The notes beneath the pieces were generated by a model, which saw nothing but the letters and a program-made list of their open reading frames with translations, was not told the DNA's origin and did no database searches. The position numbers were made by a program, and so were the translations under genes. This document shows, one piece after another, positions 20,201 to 29,566 of a stretch of DNA of 64,000 nt (positions within the stretch are counted from its first letter, which is position 1; each line of letters opens with the position of its first letter). The stretch is from Nannocystis bainbridge (GTDB taxonomy: Bacteria; Myxococcota_A; Polyangia; Nannocystales; Nannocystaceae). The stretch is from contig NZ_JAQNDL010000001.1 of the NCBI RefSeq assembly GCF_028368995.1, positions 1,824,001 to 1,888,000 on the forward strand, read 5' to 3'.

Positions 20201-20912
20201 TGACCTCGGCACGCTGACCGACACCGCGCTCGTCTCGCCGGCCTTCACGGTCGCCGAGGACCAGGACTTCTCGCTCGCCTTCGACCACGCCTACTCCTTC
20301 GACGCCACGTTCGGCTACGCGTGGGACGGCGGCGTCATCGAGCTGTCCGACGACGACGGCGAGACCTGGAAAGACGTCGCCGAGATCATCGGCGGCGTCG
20401 GCTACAACGACACGATCATCAGCGCCGAAAACCCGCTCGTCGGTCGCGCCGCGTTCGCCCTGATGAGCCCGGGTCACCCGCAGCTGAACCCCGTCGTCCT
20501 CGATTTCGGCCAGGCGCTGGCCGGCCAGACGCTGCGCGTGCGCTTCCGGATCGGCACCGATACGGTGCTCGGCCAGGCTGGCTGGACGCTCGACAACTTC
20601 CGCTTCCAGGGGATCGTCGACAGTCCGTTCCCGCGCCTGGTCCCAGACGCCGGCGTCTGCCTGCCCGGTGAGGAGCCCACGACCAGCGACACCGGCGAGT
20701 CGACCGGCCCCGGCGAGCCGACCAGCGGCTCGGGCGAGCCGACCGGCGGGACCGGCGAGTCGACGGATACTTCGAACGAAGCCTCCGACTCCGGGGGCAT
20801 GAGCAGCGGTGCGGAGACCGGCTGCGGCTGCGTCGCCGATCCCCGCGGCGGCTGGCTGACCGGGCTGGCGCTGCCGCTCCTGGCGCTGCGCCGCCGTCGC
20901 CGGGTCACGTAA
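17247..20912 (+). CDS. M36 (fungalysin) metallopeptidase with FTP propeptide, PA domain and MYXO-CTERM-like tail
   Basis: Signal peptide, TVGNNVDAY, HEFGH zinc motif, GEGWSD, PA domain KGKIVLLDRGEC.F; C-terminal GCGC + TM helix + RRRRR. Confidence 0.93.
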   Translation: MPLFIPSSCLTLLALLAATDATGARPNFDVWAAHPEVTPTPVSGDSAVARAPGTPSLMWIPRGQPQPASRSPEAAARAQLERHLDAYGVTPDVLAGARTLFVHDTGRGGIIVALRQTVDGIDLHHGDVKLLLDRSLRLLAVSGSLHPGAHPGAARPFASAPDAAIAAALRDLHGVAVPLVEIEGRHSWRRFAAASGATAGQGLRLVAPARARPVYFPTGEALVAAYLVELQTRLGASDEVFQYVVAAADGRLLMRRDGTVYAHQYRVYADPADRRPLDGPLADFNPHPTGFPNVLPDGYSDAALVTVEGLNTNPEGVSDPWLPANATQTVGNNVDAYTDPLDTDPVDNRFRATVTAPGVFDRAYDFTKAATTSGAQMMAALTHAFYVTNWQHDWWYDSGLVEATGNAQSDNFGRGGEADDPMLVEVLNGWEIGLRNNASMLITLDGAAPRLRLRLFDGIRKLSDLSVESLGLVLDGQIAEFGPAAYDVTAPLVLANDGAGADLNDACEPLNSDVKGKIVLLDRGECIFEAQARNALNAGAVGVLIADDVAADEPVVPLDDLTVLNPNIPTLGLTLAEGDILKAALEGPEFTVHMAAEEGPTRDAALDSLLIAHEFGHFVHNRLGDASGQTYLAAGEGWSDFLAMLMSVREGDDLHGVLNWSPWASIDPTQFFNSRQYAYSTDFAVNPLTFRHIGDDVQLPEGPLFSPNGLLNSQQHNAGQVWAEMLWDSYVALQELHADDLGFEAVRRRMSDYVVAGMMLAPYEPTITERRDALLMAISATSEDDMLAVAAAFADRGAGTCAESPPRWSTTFEGVVEDYEVRGRGVLLGASFDDSVLSCDGDGILDDGERGRVAFEVYNGGVVPLAGATVEIVDPPPGLVFPDGPVVALPQLAPQQTSPHTIAVALDPGITEPTRVALRVRLTAPGGCEGPVEQVVHATLSADVALTGASEDDVEVAAVWTATGDFGASVWARESGPDGHAWHGNDLGTLTDTALVSPAFTVAEDQDFSLAFDHAYSFDATFGYAWDGGVIELSDDDGETWKDVAEIIGGVGYNDTIISAENPLVGRAAFALMSPGHPQLNPVVLDFGQALAGQTLRVRFRIGTDTVLGQAGWTLDNFRFQGIVDSPFPRLVPDAGVCLPGEEPTTSDTGESTGPGEPTSGSGEPTGGTGESTDTSNEASDSGGMSSGAETGCGCVADPRGGWLTGLALPLLALRRRRRVT

Positions 20913-20973
20913 ATCCGGGCGCGGCGACAATGTGCATACCGCGGCGACTCGGCGCCGCGGTCCATGGCAACCG

Positions 20974-21642
20974 TCACGGGCCCGGAGCAAGGGCGGGCGA
21001 TCGCCTCCCGTCGAGCGGTGGGACTGCGGCGTCGTCGCGGGCGCACAGCCGTGACAGCGCCGCCGCCAGCGCTGGCGCGCTCACGTCGACCACCTCGCGC
21101 AGCACGCCGCTGGTAGCCCCTGCCATGCCGCGCGGGCTACGCTCCTCCAGCGGGCGCATCAAATCGTATTCGTGGGACCACAACCGCTCGTGGGTCCGGC
21201 TGTCCAGCAGCTCGAGCGCGAGCCGCAGGTGGGCGGCCCACCGCGTCCTGGTGAGGTCGACCTCCTCGAGCGCCAGCACGCGCCCCTGCAAGACCGCGTC
21301 GATCGACGCGTCGTACTCCCGCTCCACCCGCACGAACCAACCGCTCGTGGCATACCCGTCGCGCAGCGCGTCGCTCACCAGGATCCCGGGCGACACGACC
21401 CACTCATGGTATTCGTAGCGCTGGAGCTGATACTCGGACTCGCGATAGATCATGCGCACGTCGTCGTACGCCCCGGCCACCTGCATGTCTCTCACCAGCA
21501 GACTCGCGCACGCCTGCGGCTCGCTATCCGGGGGCAACATGCCGGGCCCGGCGGGCAGCTCCACGCGGTAGAGATGCGTGTTCGGAGCCATGGGCGCACA
21601 CGCGAAGATGGCGGCGGCCACGGCCGCTCGAAGGCGCTTCAT
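20974..21642 (-). CDS. ABC transport auxiliary lipoprotein (PqiC-like)
   Basis: MKRLRAAVAAAIFAC lipobox; YDDVRMIYR..YEYHEW..P; LQGRVLALEE; last gene of the Mla/Mce operon, ATGA-coupled. Confidence 0.85.
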   Translation of the reverse strand: MKRLRAAVAAAIFACAPMAPNTHLYRVELPAGPGMLPPDSEPQACASLLVRDMQVAGAYDDVRMIYRESEYQLQRYEYHEWVVSPGILVSDALRDGYATSGWFVRVEREYDASIDAVLQGRVLALEEVDLTRTRWAAHLRLALELLDSRTHERLWSHEYDLMRPLEERSPRGMAGATSGVLREVVDVSAPALAAALSRLCARDDAAVPPLDGRRSPALAPGP

Positions 21643-22562
21643 CGCAGCTCGCGCTCCCTGGGCGGCTTCGAGTGGAGCAGCAAGCTCGGCCGCGCCCGCA
21701 ACGCCCGCACGAGAGCCCGGGCGTCCTGCGACACTCCGCGGATGTTGCCGATCGCCGCGCGCACGTCGTCTTCGTTCGCGTTCAGGATCGACCCCGCCAC
21801 GACGAGCAGGCGCGAGAGCTCGAGGGACGCGCTGTCGGCGTGCTCCAGCGCTGTCGAGGCCCGCTGCGCGAAGGATTCGCCGGCGTGGGCCAGATCGCCG
21901 AAGTAGGCGCGCCCCTGGCTCAACAGCTGCCCGATCTGCTCGCTGGCCGAATCGAGCCGCTTCGCCGCGCGCGCGCCGTGCATGAGGAGCGCCGCCATGT
22001 GCCGTGGGTCGACGGCGTCGACGACCGCGGCGACCCGATCGGGATCGACCGCCGCGATCACCTTCTGCGCGTCCCGGACGGCCTGCCGCGCCTCCGCGAC
22101 CAGCGTCTTCACCTCGTCGCCGAGCCCGCTCGCGTGCGCCTCGAGGGCCTCGAGCGTCGTCTCCCCGCGAGGGATGGTGCTCCCGGGAGCCAGCCGGCCA
22201 CCGGCGAGCGTGCCTCCCGTGATGTCGATGGCGCGCTGGCCGGTCACTCCGACCCGTTGAAAGTAGGCCTTCGACGCCGCGGGGATCTCGATGCCGGGCT
22301 CGATCTTCAGATCGATCCGCACGCGGCCGAAATCGCTGCGATCGAGGGTGATGGCGGCCACCTTGCCGATCTCGACCCCGCGCATCGTGACGGCGGACTC
22401 GCGATCGATGCCCAGGGCCCCGCCGCTCGTGACGATGTGATACGCGGCGGTCGCTCGCCCCAGGCGCAGCCCGCCCACCAGCACGAGCGCCAGCACCATG
22501 ACCGTGACGACGCTGACCACGAAGATCCCGAGCTTCACGGCTTGAGTGCGGCTGCGGGTCAT
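21639..22562 (-). CDS. MlaD/MCE-domain protein
   Basis: N-terminal TM helix (KLGIFV), GIDRESAVTMRGVEIGKV, GVTGQRAIDI, helical tail ending PSLLL. Confidence 0.9.
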   Translation of the reverse strand: MTRSRTQAVKLGIFVVSVVTVMVLALVLVGGLRLGRATAAYHIVTSGGALGIDRESAVTMRGVEIGKVAAITLDRSDFGRVRIDLKIEPGIEIPAASKAYFQRVGVTGQRAIDITGGTLAGGRLAPGSTIPRGETTLEALEAHASGLGDEVKTLVAEARQAVRDAQKVIAAVDPDRVAAVVDAVDPRHMAALLMHGARAAKRLDSASEQIGQLLSQGRAYFGDLAHAGESFAQRASTALEHADSASLELSRLLVVAGSILNANEDDVRAAIGNIRGVSQDARALVRALRARPSLLLHSKPPRERELR

Positions 22563-23329
22563 GCTCGCTTCGACTCCTGAGACTCCCGGGTCGGCTCGCC
22601 GTGAAACAGCGCCTGCACGTCGAGGTCCTCGCTGCGCTCCAGCGTCGCAGGCGTACCGACGGCGCAGATGCCCCCGGCAGCGAGCACGACCGTGCGGTCC
22701 GAGAGCGTCCTGACCATCTCCATGTCGTGGGTGACGAGGATGACGGTGGAGCCCTGGTCGTCGCGCAAGCGCGTGAACTCGCGGCCCAGGACCGCGGCGT
22801 TGATCGGGTCGAGGCTGGAGGTCGGCTCGTCGCAAAAGACGAGCTCGGGGGCGAGCACGTTGGCGCGCGCCAGCGCGACGCGTTTGGCCTGGCCGCCCGA
22901 GATCTCTTGCGGCATGCGTTCGGCCAGATCGGCCACACCGAGCCTCGCGAGCTCGATGAGCGCCAGCTCCTGGATCACCGCGTCGGGCAGATCGGTGAGC
23001 TTGCGACCCGGGAACATGACGTTGTCGAGGACCGACATCGAGCTGAACAGCGCGTCGCTCTGGAACAGCACGCCCACGCGCGACAGCAGGCGCCCCCGCG
23101 AGCGCGGGCGCGTCGCGTAGAGGTCCTGGCCGAACAGGCACACCGCGCCCGCGGCCGGCTCGAGCAGCCCCACCATGGCGCGCAGCAGCGTCGACTTGCC
23201 GCTGCCCGAGCCGCCGATGACGCTGACGATCTCGCCCGTGTCGATGCGCAGGTCGACCCCTGTCAAGATCGGCAGCTCGCCGTATCCGACGACCACGTCC
23301 CGCAGCTCCACGAGCGCCGCCGAGCTCAT
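22559..23329 (-). CDS. MlaF-like ABC ATPase
   Basis: Walker A GGSGSGKS, FQSDALFSSM, ISGGQAKRVALARA, FCDEPTSSLDP, VTHD. Confidence 0.93.
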   Translation of the reverse strand: MSSAALVELRDVVVGYGELPILTGVDLRIDTGEIVSVIGGSGSGKSTLLRAMVGLLEPAAGAVCLFGQDLYATRPRSRGRLLSRVGVLFQSDALFSSMSVLDNVMFPGRKLTDLPDAVIQELALIELARLGVADLAERMPQEISGGQAKRVALARANVLAPELVFCDEPTSSLDPINAAVLGREFTRLRDDQGSTVILVTHDMEMVRTLSDRTVVLAAGGICAVGTPATLERSEDLDVQALFHGEPTRESQESKRA

Positions 23330-24375
23330 TGCGCCATCGTCCATAGCGTGGTCACGATGCTGTCGACGATCATGACGAAGAGGATGCTGGCGACCGCGGC
23401 GCGCGTGGCCGCGATGCCGATGCTGAGCGCTCCGTACCCGCTGTGGAGCCCGGTGAAGGCGCTGGCGAGCCCGATCACCCACCCGAACAGCACGGACTTG
23501 ACCGTGCCGAGCCACAGGTCGCCGAGCGTCATCTCTCGCAGCATCGTCTCGAACGCCGCCATCCAGTGCGGGTCGAGCCACACCGTCACCAGCAAGCCGC
23601 CGAGGATGCCGCTGGCGGTCGCTATCAGCGAGAGCGCCGGGGTGACGAGCGTGATGGCGAACAGGCGCGGGACCACCAGGTGCCGCACCGGCGAGATGCC
23701 CATGACGCGCAGCACGTCGTTCTCCTGGCGCATCTCCATCGTCGACAGCTGCGCGGCGATGGCCGGGGCCGTGCGACTGGCCAGCAGGATCGCCACGATG
23801 AACGGCGCGAACCCGCGGGCCATGCCGATGCCGACGAACTCCAGCACGACCGACTCGGTGCCGTAGTAATGCATCTGCACCCAGGTCTGGAAGTCGAGCA
23901 CCAGACCCAGCAAAAAGCTCATCGTCGCGGCGATGGGCAGCGCGTCGGCCCCCATGAGCTCGAGCTGCTCCACGACATCGCGCCAGGCGAAGGTGCGGCG
24001 CCCCACCACGGCCCCGGCGGCGCCCTGCATCGCCTCGATGACCATGTCGGCCAGCGTCAACAGGCCGCTCCACCAAGCGAAGCACGATCGGCCCAGGCTC
24101 TCGAGCACGCCCGGCTCCGGCGGGTGTTTTGGGGGGTCAGGCTCCGGCGTTTCGGCGAGCACGCGCATGACCTCGGGCGTGGCGCCGTGCAGCTCGACGG
24201 CGACGCCCGAGCGCCTCAGCCGGCGCGTGACGGCGCGCAGCGTGGCGACGCCCGTGCTGTCGATCTGGCGCAGCGCGGACAGATCGAGCCGGAGGACGGC
24301 GGGTCGGGTCCGGGCGTGAATCTCGAGCTCATGCAGCAGCGAGCGCGGCCGTATCGCGTCGAGGCGCACGTCCAT
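23326..24375 (-). CDS. STAS-domain + MlaE-family permease
   Basis: LDLSALRQIDSTG (STAS); IAAQLSTME..E.DVLRVMGISP..LVVPR; KSVLFG; ATRAAV. Confidence 0.9.
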   Translation of the reverse strand: MDVRLDAIRPRSLLHELEIHARTRPAVLRLDLSALRQIDSTGVATLRAVTRRLRRSGVAVELHGATPEVMRVLAETPEPDPPKHPPEPGVLESLGRSCFAWWSGLLTLADMVIEAMQGAAGAVVGRRTFAWRDVVEQLELMGADALPIAATMSFLLGLVLDFQTWVQMHYYGTESVVLEFVGIGMARGFAPFIVAILLASRTAPAIAAQLSTMEMRQENDVLRVMGISPVRHLVVPRLFAITLVTPALSLIATASGILGGLLVTVWLDPHWMAAFETMLREMTLGDLWLGTVKSVLFGWVIGLASAFTGLHSGYGALSIGIAATRAAVASILFVMIVDSIVTTLWTMAQ

Positions 24376-24631
24376 GGCCGGCAGTCTGACAAAGAGGCCA
24401 GCCCCGACCAGCGGCCGACCAGGAGAACACCCGCTGGCTCCCCATGCGGGCGACCCGCGACGCGCCGCTCCCGCCCTGCACCGCCCCACGTTCGCGGCCA
24501 CCGCCAGATCGCCGCCCGCCTCCGTCGAGCTCGGCGGGGACTGGCAGGCGCGGCGGTCATGCGCCTCGCTCGGGCCCGGCGCGGGGGCATCGCTCGCTCG
24601 ATTGCAGCGAGCACCCGAACGCGTGCGACCC

Positions 24632-26011
24632 TCACGGGCAGTCGAGGTCGACCTGCGCGCTCCCTGACGAAAGCAGTCCCTCGCAGGCCGCCCCGCACAG
24701 CCGGACGCGTGAATTGTTGCCGCTGCTGTACACCCAGCCGTCGCCGGTCGAACAATCAAGGTTCGGCGAATACGCGTAGTTCATGCCGTCGACCGTCACG
24801 CGGGTCACGGTCGGGTCGGCCGGCGTTTCGTTGAGGGTGAGTTCGCAGCCGAGGGTCACGTAAACCGCCTCGTCGAGATACGCGCCGAGCTCGCTCTCGT
24901 TGGTGGCGTCATAGAACTTGGCCCCGCCGGTCCGCGGGCGCCCGCCCGCTACGGCGAGCTTGTTGAACTCTTCCACCGGGTTGGTGTTGTCCGGGTTGCC
25001 GTCCTTCATGGCCGAACTGTAGGAGTCGGGCAGGTTGACGCCGACGACGGCCGTCGGGATCTGGTCGTTCGACCAGGCGGCGCCGACGATCCCGTGGGCG
25101 CTGGTGTCGAGGGTCTCGAACAGCCCGTCGGTGTTTGGCGCGCTGTCGGAACAATTCGGCGAGCCGTCGCCGATGAGCACCATCGCCCGCGCTTCGTTCG
25201 CCGGCGCCGAATCGAGGGAGGAGAGCGCCCCGTCGAGGCCGCGAGCCATCGGCGTCGCGCCCTTGAGCATCGCGTTCGCCGCTGGCAACGCGGCGCCGAT
25301 CGCCCCCGCGCTACCCAGCGCCGGGGCGACCTCGGGCTTGGTATTGGTGACGCAAGCCGCAGCGCTGTAGTCGCTCGCCGCGGCGCTCGACGGGAACATC
25401 ATCAGGCCGAGCTTGTGCTGCGCCTGATACTTGCCGACCACCGCGGTCAAGGTCTTGTGAAGGCTGCTCCACTTGCTGACCGCGGGGGTCCCGGGGTTGC
25501 CGTCGTGATCCCAGGTGCCGACCGAGAACGAGCCGCTGCGGTCGAGCACGAAGATCAGGTTGGTCGTCGGCGCGTCCAGTTGGAGGTTCTTGCAGGTGAC
25601 CGGCTCGTCGGTGGTCATCGGCGGATCGGTGGTCGGATCGCTGTCCGACGTCGGCCCCGGGCCGCCCGTGACGGTCGGATCGCTCGACGGTCCGCTGGTC
25701 GGATCGCCGCCCGGCCCGCCGCCCGGCCCCGCGCTCGTGTCGCTGGCCGAGCCGTCGGTCGAGCCGTCGGTCGAGCCGTCGGTCGGGTCGCCGCCCGGAT
25801 CGCCGCTCGGGTCGCCCCCGGACCCGCCGCCGGGGCTCATGCAAAGGTTGTCGCCCTGGCAGACGAGCCCGGCGAAGCATTGCCCCTGAATGCACGCCCC
25901 GCTGACGTACCCCGGATCGACGCCCGCGGAGTCCAGCGGGTTGCTGTCATTGTTGCAAGCGAGGGCGAGCAGCGAGATTGACGAGAGGAGACGTATCGAC
26001 ACGGTGGACAT
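24632..26011 (-). CDS. vWA-domain lipoprotein with G/P/S/T/D-rich linker
   Basis: Lipobox ALAC; MIDAS-like FVLDRSGS, ATP and IGDG motifs; DGST x3 repeat; Cys-rich C-terminal LCGAAC. Confidence 0.88.
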   Translation of the reverse strand: MSTVSIRLLSSISLLALACNNDSNPLDSAGVDPGYVSGACIQGQCFAGLVCQGDNLCMSPGGGSGGDPSGDPGGDPTDGSTDGSTDGSASDTSAGPGGGPGGDPTSGPSSDPTVTGGPGPTSDSDPTTDPPMTTDEPVTCKNLQLDAPTTNLIFVLDRSGSFSVGTWDHDGNPGTPAVSKWSSLHKTLTAVVGKYQAQHKLGLMMFPSSAAASDYSAAACVTNTKPEVAPALGSAGAIGAALPAANAMLKGATPMARGLDGALSSLDSAPANEARAMVLIGDGSPNCSDSAPNTDGLFETLDTSAHGIVGAAWSNDQIPTAVVGVNLPDSYSSAMKDGNPDNTNPVEEFNKLAVAGGRPRTGGAKFYDATNESELGAYLDEAVYVTLGCELTLNETPADPTVTRVTVDGMNYAYSPNLDCSTGDGWVYSSGNNSRVRLCGAACEGLLSSGSAQVDLDCP

Positions 26012-26568
26012 GATTCGGCGGATCGCGGCCGGCACGGGCTGATCGTGGAGCAATGTTTAGACGCGACGGCCGGTCGGCCGGGTTCGCCGCCGCGTGGTTC
26101 GATCAATCGTGTATCACAGGCCCGGCCCGGGCGGCGGTCGATCGGCGCGCAGCCGGACGCCCGGCGGCATGGTGGCAAACACGTAGCCGACGTCCTCGAT
26201 GCAAACCGCCCGGCCCCGGATCGTCCACAGGGACCGGGCGCCGGGCGGGAGCGTGCGACACATCGCGCAGGTCATGCGCGAGGCAGCGCCGGTGCCACCG
26301 CGGCCCCGGCAGCGGGCGCACCTCCTGCGACATCGCTGCGGACGCGCCGGGCCTGCTCGGGTTGGCGACGATCGAGGACGACGAGCCCGGGCCGAGACAG
26401 GGCCCGGGCGCGCGTCCGCGCGGCAGCGGCCCGCTTCCGTGGCAGCGGCTGGCCATCTGCGGCCAGCCCCGGGCGAGGGGTTCACTACGCTCATTCATGG
26501 CGACCGGCCGGCCGACGCCCTGCGCTCATTCGGCCGGTCCTCCCATTTTTCTGCCCGGAGTCGATCCC

Positions 26569-26706
26569 ATGCCCAACGTCCTCGCATTCACCCAATCATC
26601 GCACAATCTCACCGCGCCCGTCACCGGCGGGCTGGCGATCCTCGCCATCGCCACCGACATCACCGAGGCGATCTACGTCAACGTCCACGAGGCCGAGAGC
26701 AACTAG
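26569..26706 (+). CDS. Small hypothetical protein (45 aa)
   Basis: GGAG RBS at 26557-26560, ATG at 26569, strongly C/G-biased third positions; MPNVLAFTQSSHNLTAPVTGGLAILAIATDITEAIYVNVHEAESN. Confidence 0.55.
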   Translation: MPNVLAFTQSSHNLTAPVTGGLAILAIATDITEAIYVNVHEAESN

Positions 26707-26760
26707 TGCCCGCGTCCGGTGAGTGACAGTGCGATCGCCGCGGCCCTGCCCCGCCTCGCG

Positions 26761-27585
26761 TCACGTGGCGCCGGCGGCGATGGCGTCCTGGAGGCGCGGG
26801 TACTCCGGGCGGAAGCCGAGGTCCTCGCGGATCCGGCTGACGTCGACCACGATCTCGAACCCGCGCCCAGCCTCGGCGGCGGAGCCGTCGGGCGGCGGCG
26901 CACCGACCGAGGCGAACAGCGCCGCCAGATCGGGCGCCTCGTCATCGGCGACGTTGTAGATGCGGTGCGACGGCGACGCCGCGTCGAGCACGCGCGCGAC
27001 CGCCTGCGCGACGTCGGCGTGGTGAGCGATCGACATGCGCTGCGTCGGCAGGAAGCCGCGCATCATCGGGACCACCTCCGCGATGTGCGGATCGCCGTCG
27101 CCGTAGACGAAGGGGAGCCGGAGCACGCGCACGTCGAGGCCGTCGATCGCGAACAGGGCCCGCTCGGCGGCGAGCTTGCTGGCCGGGTATCCCGGGGCCG
27201 GCGTGCATGGATCGCCCTCGCTCGCGGCGCGCCCGCCATTCGCGCCGTACACCAGCCCGGTGCTCGTGAACACGAAGCGCTGGACCGCCGCGGCGCGGGC
27301 CGCGAGCGCGAGGTGCTGCGTGCCGCCGTCGTTGACGGCGTGCGCCTGCTCCGGCGTCGCGCCGCGGAAGAACGCGGCGCAGTGGACGACCGCGTCGACG
27401 CCCCGCACGGCGGCCACGAGCGAGGCGGCGTCGAGCAGGTCGCCGCGCACGAGCTCCACATTGCGCAGGCCATCGGCGCGGCTCGGATCGCGCACGAGGG
27501 CGCGCACTTGATGACCGCGGTCGGCGAGGCGACGCGCGAGACGGCTTCCGACCTTTCCGGTCGCTCCGGTGACGAGGATCTTCAT
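26761..27585 (-). CDS. NAD-dependent epimerase/dehydratase
   Basis: MKILVTGATGKVG, VVHCAA, FTSTGLVYG, YPASK. Confidence 0.93.
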   Translation of the reverse strand: MKILVTGATGKVGSRLARRLADRGHQVRALVRDPSRADGLRNVELVRGDLLDAASLVAAVRGVDAVVHCAAFFRGATPEQAHAVNDGGTQHLALAARAAAVQRFVFTSTGLVYGANGGRAASEGDPCTPAPGYPASKLAAERALFAIDGLDVRVLRLPFVYGDGDPHIAEVVPMMRGFLPTQRMSIAHHADVAQAVARVLDAASPSHRIYNVADDEAPDLAALFASVGAPPPDGSAAEAGRGFEIVVDVSRIREDLGFRPEYPRLQDAIAAGAT

Positions 27586-27686
27586 GGCTCCGACCGTAGC
27601 GAGCCACGCGGCCGACGGATTGGAAAAACCGGACAACGTCGCGGCCCCGCTTGTGCGGGCGAGCGCGTGCCTTCATCCTGTTTGCC

Positions 27687-28484
27687 ATGCACCTCGGCGC
27701 CGCCCTTCGCCAGCCTCACGATCCGAGCGGCGCTTCGACGGCGGCGATCGTCGAGGCGCTGCAGGTCCACGAGCCCGAAGCCGGTACGCCGCACGTCTTG
27801 CTGCCCCACGCGCAGGTCGAGATCGTGGTCCGCTTCGGGCCGGCGTCGCGGAGGGGGATCGATGCACACGTGCTCGGCGCGCGGGAGCAAGTGCGGCGCA
27901 AAGTCCCGCGCGGGACGCATCGCAGCATGAGCGCGCGGCTGCGGCTGGGCGCCTCCGAGGCCGTGTTCGGCGTCCCGGCGTCGACGCTCGCCGGCCGCAT
28001 CGTCGCGCTCGAGGATGTCTGGGGCGACGCCGCGGCGCGCCGTCTCTTCGAACGACTCGCCGTCGCTGCCGACGGGCTCGCGGCCGCGAAGGTCCTCAAT
28101 TCGGCGATCGCCGAGCGCGTGGCGACCGATGCGTGCCCGCCCTGCTCGCGCCTGGCGCTCGCAGCCGCCGAGCAGCTGCGCGCCCGTTCGGCCGACGGCG
28201 CGCACGTGAACGCCATCGCCAGGGCGCTCGGGGTGAGCGAGCGCCACCTCCGGCGGGTGTTCCGAGATGCTTTCGGGATCGGGCCCAAGGCGTTCGCCAA
28301 GCTGGCGCGCTTCCAGCGGGCCCTGCATGCGGCGCGCGCGGACGAACGGGCCGCGTGGGCGACGATCGCCGCCGACGCCGGCTACTACGATCAGGCCCAC
28401 CTGATCGCCGAGTTCCACGCCATCGCCGGCGCGCCGCCGCGGGCGCTGCTCGGCGAGCTGCGGGTGGCGGCTGCGATCGGCTGA
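27687..28484 (+). CDS. AraC-family transcriptional regulator
   Basis: LGVSERHLRRVF...GIGPK...RFQRA; GYYDQAHLIAEF; divergent from the epimerase. Confidence 0.9.
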   Translation: MHLGAALRQPHDPSGASTAAIVEALQVHEPEAGTPHVLLPHAQVEIVVRFGPASRRGIDAHVLGAREQVRRKVPRGTHRSMSARLRLGASEAVFGVPASTLAGRIVALEDVWGDAAARRLFERLAVAADGLAAAKVLNSAIAERVATDACPPCSRLALAAAEQLRARSADGAHVNAIARALGVSERHLRRVFRDAFGIGPKAFAKLARFQRALHAARADERAAWATIAADAGYYDQAHLIAEFHAIAGAPPRALLGELRVAAAIG

Positions 28485-28530
28485 TCGCTACGGTTCGTCC
28501 GCGGTGCGCGACCACGAATGGGAAGCGCGC

Positions 28531-29445
28531 TCAGGCGAAGGAGACGCCGGTGAGCTGCTCCGACACGCGCCATAGGCGTTCGGCGGCGGCCCGGTCTTCC
28601 GCTCGCGGCGGAACCTTCGCCAGGGCCGGAGAGCCACGCATCTCTCCCAGCCTGTCCGGGCCGTAGTAAGCGCCGGCCCTCGCCTCGGGCGAGGTCGCGG
28701 CGAACAGCGTCGGGAGCGCGCCCTGCGATGCCGGCTGGAACATGAACCACAGGAGCGTCCGGGCGAGCCCGGCGGCGCTCCAACGGCCGGGAGCGTTGTG
28801 AAGGAGGTCGGTGCGCGAGATGCCGGGGTGCGCGGCGATGCTGGTGACGCCCCACCGATTCGCCTCGCTGCGCCGCTGCAGCTCGAGGGCGAACATCAGG
28901 CAGGCGAGCTTGGACTGGCCATAGGCCCGCATCGGCGCGTAGCTCCGCTCCGCCTGCAGGTCGTCGAAAGCGAGCGCACCATCCCGCGCAGCGACGCTCG
29001 ACAGCGTGACGATGCGCGGGCTCGTCCCATTGCGGAGCAGCGGCATGAGCTGGGCCGTCAGGGCGAAATGGCCGAGGTAGTTGGTGCCGAACTGCAGCTC
29101 GAAGCCGTCCGAGGTCTCTTGCCGGCTCGGCGGCGTCATCACGGCGGCGTTGTTGATCAAGAGATCGATCCTGTCGCTCTGGCTCCGCAGCCGCGCGGCG
29201 AATCCCGCCACGGACTCGAGACTGGCGAGATCGACATGCTCGAACCGGACAATCGCCGATGGCACTTCGGCGAGGACCCTGGCGACAGCGTCCGCCCCTT
29301 TTTGCGGGTTGCGGCCCGCGATGATGACCTCGCTCCCTGCCCGCGCGAGCCCCAGGGCATCCTCGAGTCCGAGCCCCCCGGTGCCGCTGACGACGGCCAG
29401 ACGGCCCTTCTGAGCAGGAATGTCGGTGGTTTTCCAGTTCGCCAT
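28531..29445 (-). CDS. SDR oxidoreductase (retinol dehydrogenase-like)
   Basis: SGTGGLG, LINNAAVM, FGTNYLGHF, YGQSK, AHPG. Confidence 0.93.
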   Translation of the reverse strand: MANWKTTDIPAQKGRLAVVSGTGGLGLEDALGLARAGSEVIIAGRNPQKGADAVARVLAEVPSAIVRFEHVDLASLESVAGFAARLRSQSDRIDLLINNAAVMTPPSRQETSDGFELQFGTNYLGHFALTAQLMPLLRNGTSPRIVTLSSVAARDGALAFDDLQAERSYAPMRAYGQSKLACLMFALELQRRSEANRWGVTSIAAHPGISRTDLLHNAPGRWSAAGLARTLLWFMFQPASQGALPTLFAATSPEARAGAYYGPDRLGEMRGSPALAKVPPRAEDRAAAERLWRVSEQLTGVSFA

Positions 29446-29547
29446 GATGCTTTCGCCGGTGACGAGGACGGATCGAGTCCTCGAGTTCCATGGCGGCATG
29501 GTAGGGACCCTACGAACACCGGAGAAGAGCGCGCTCGCCCGACACAC

Positions 29548-29566
29548 TGTCTGCTAGTATCAGACA
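29548..29566. promoter_or_regulatory. Candidate LysR binding dyad TGTCTG-N7-CAGACA (contains T-N11-A)
   Basis: Perfect 6-bp inverted repeat immediately 5' of the lysR ATG, in the divergent region. Confidence 0.5.
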
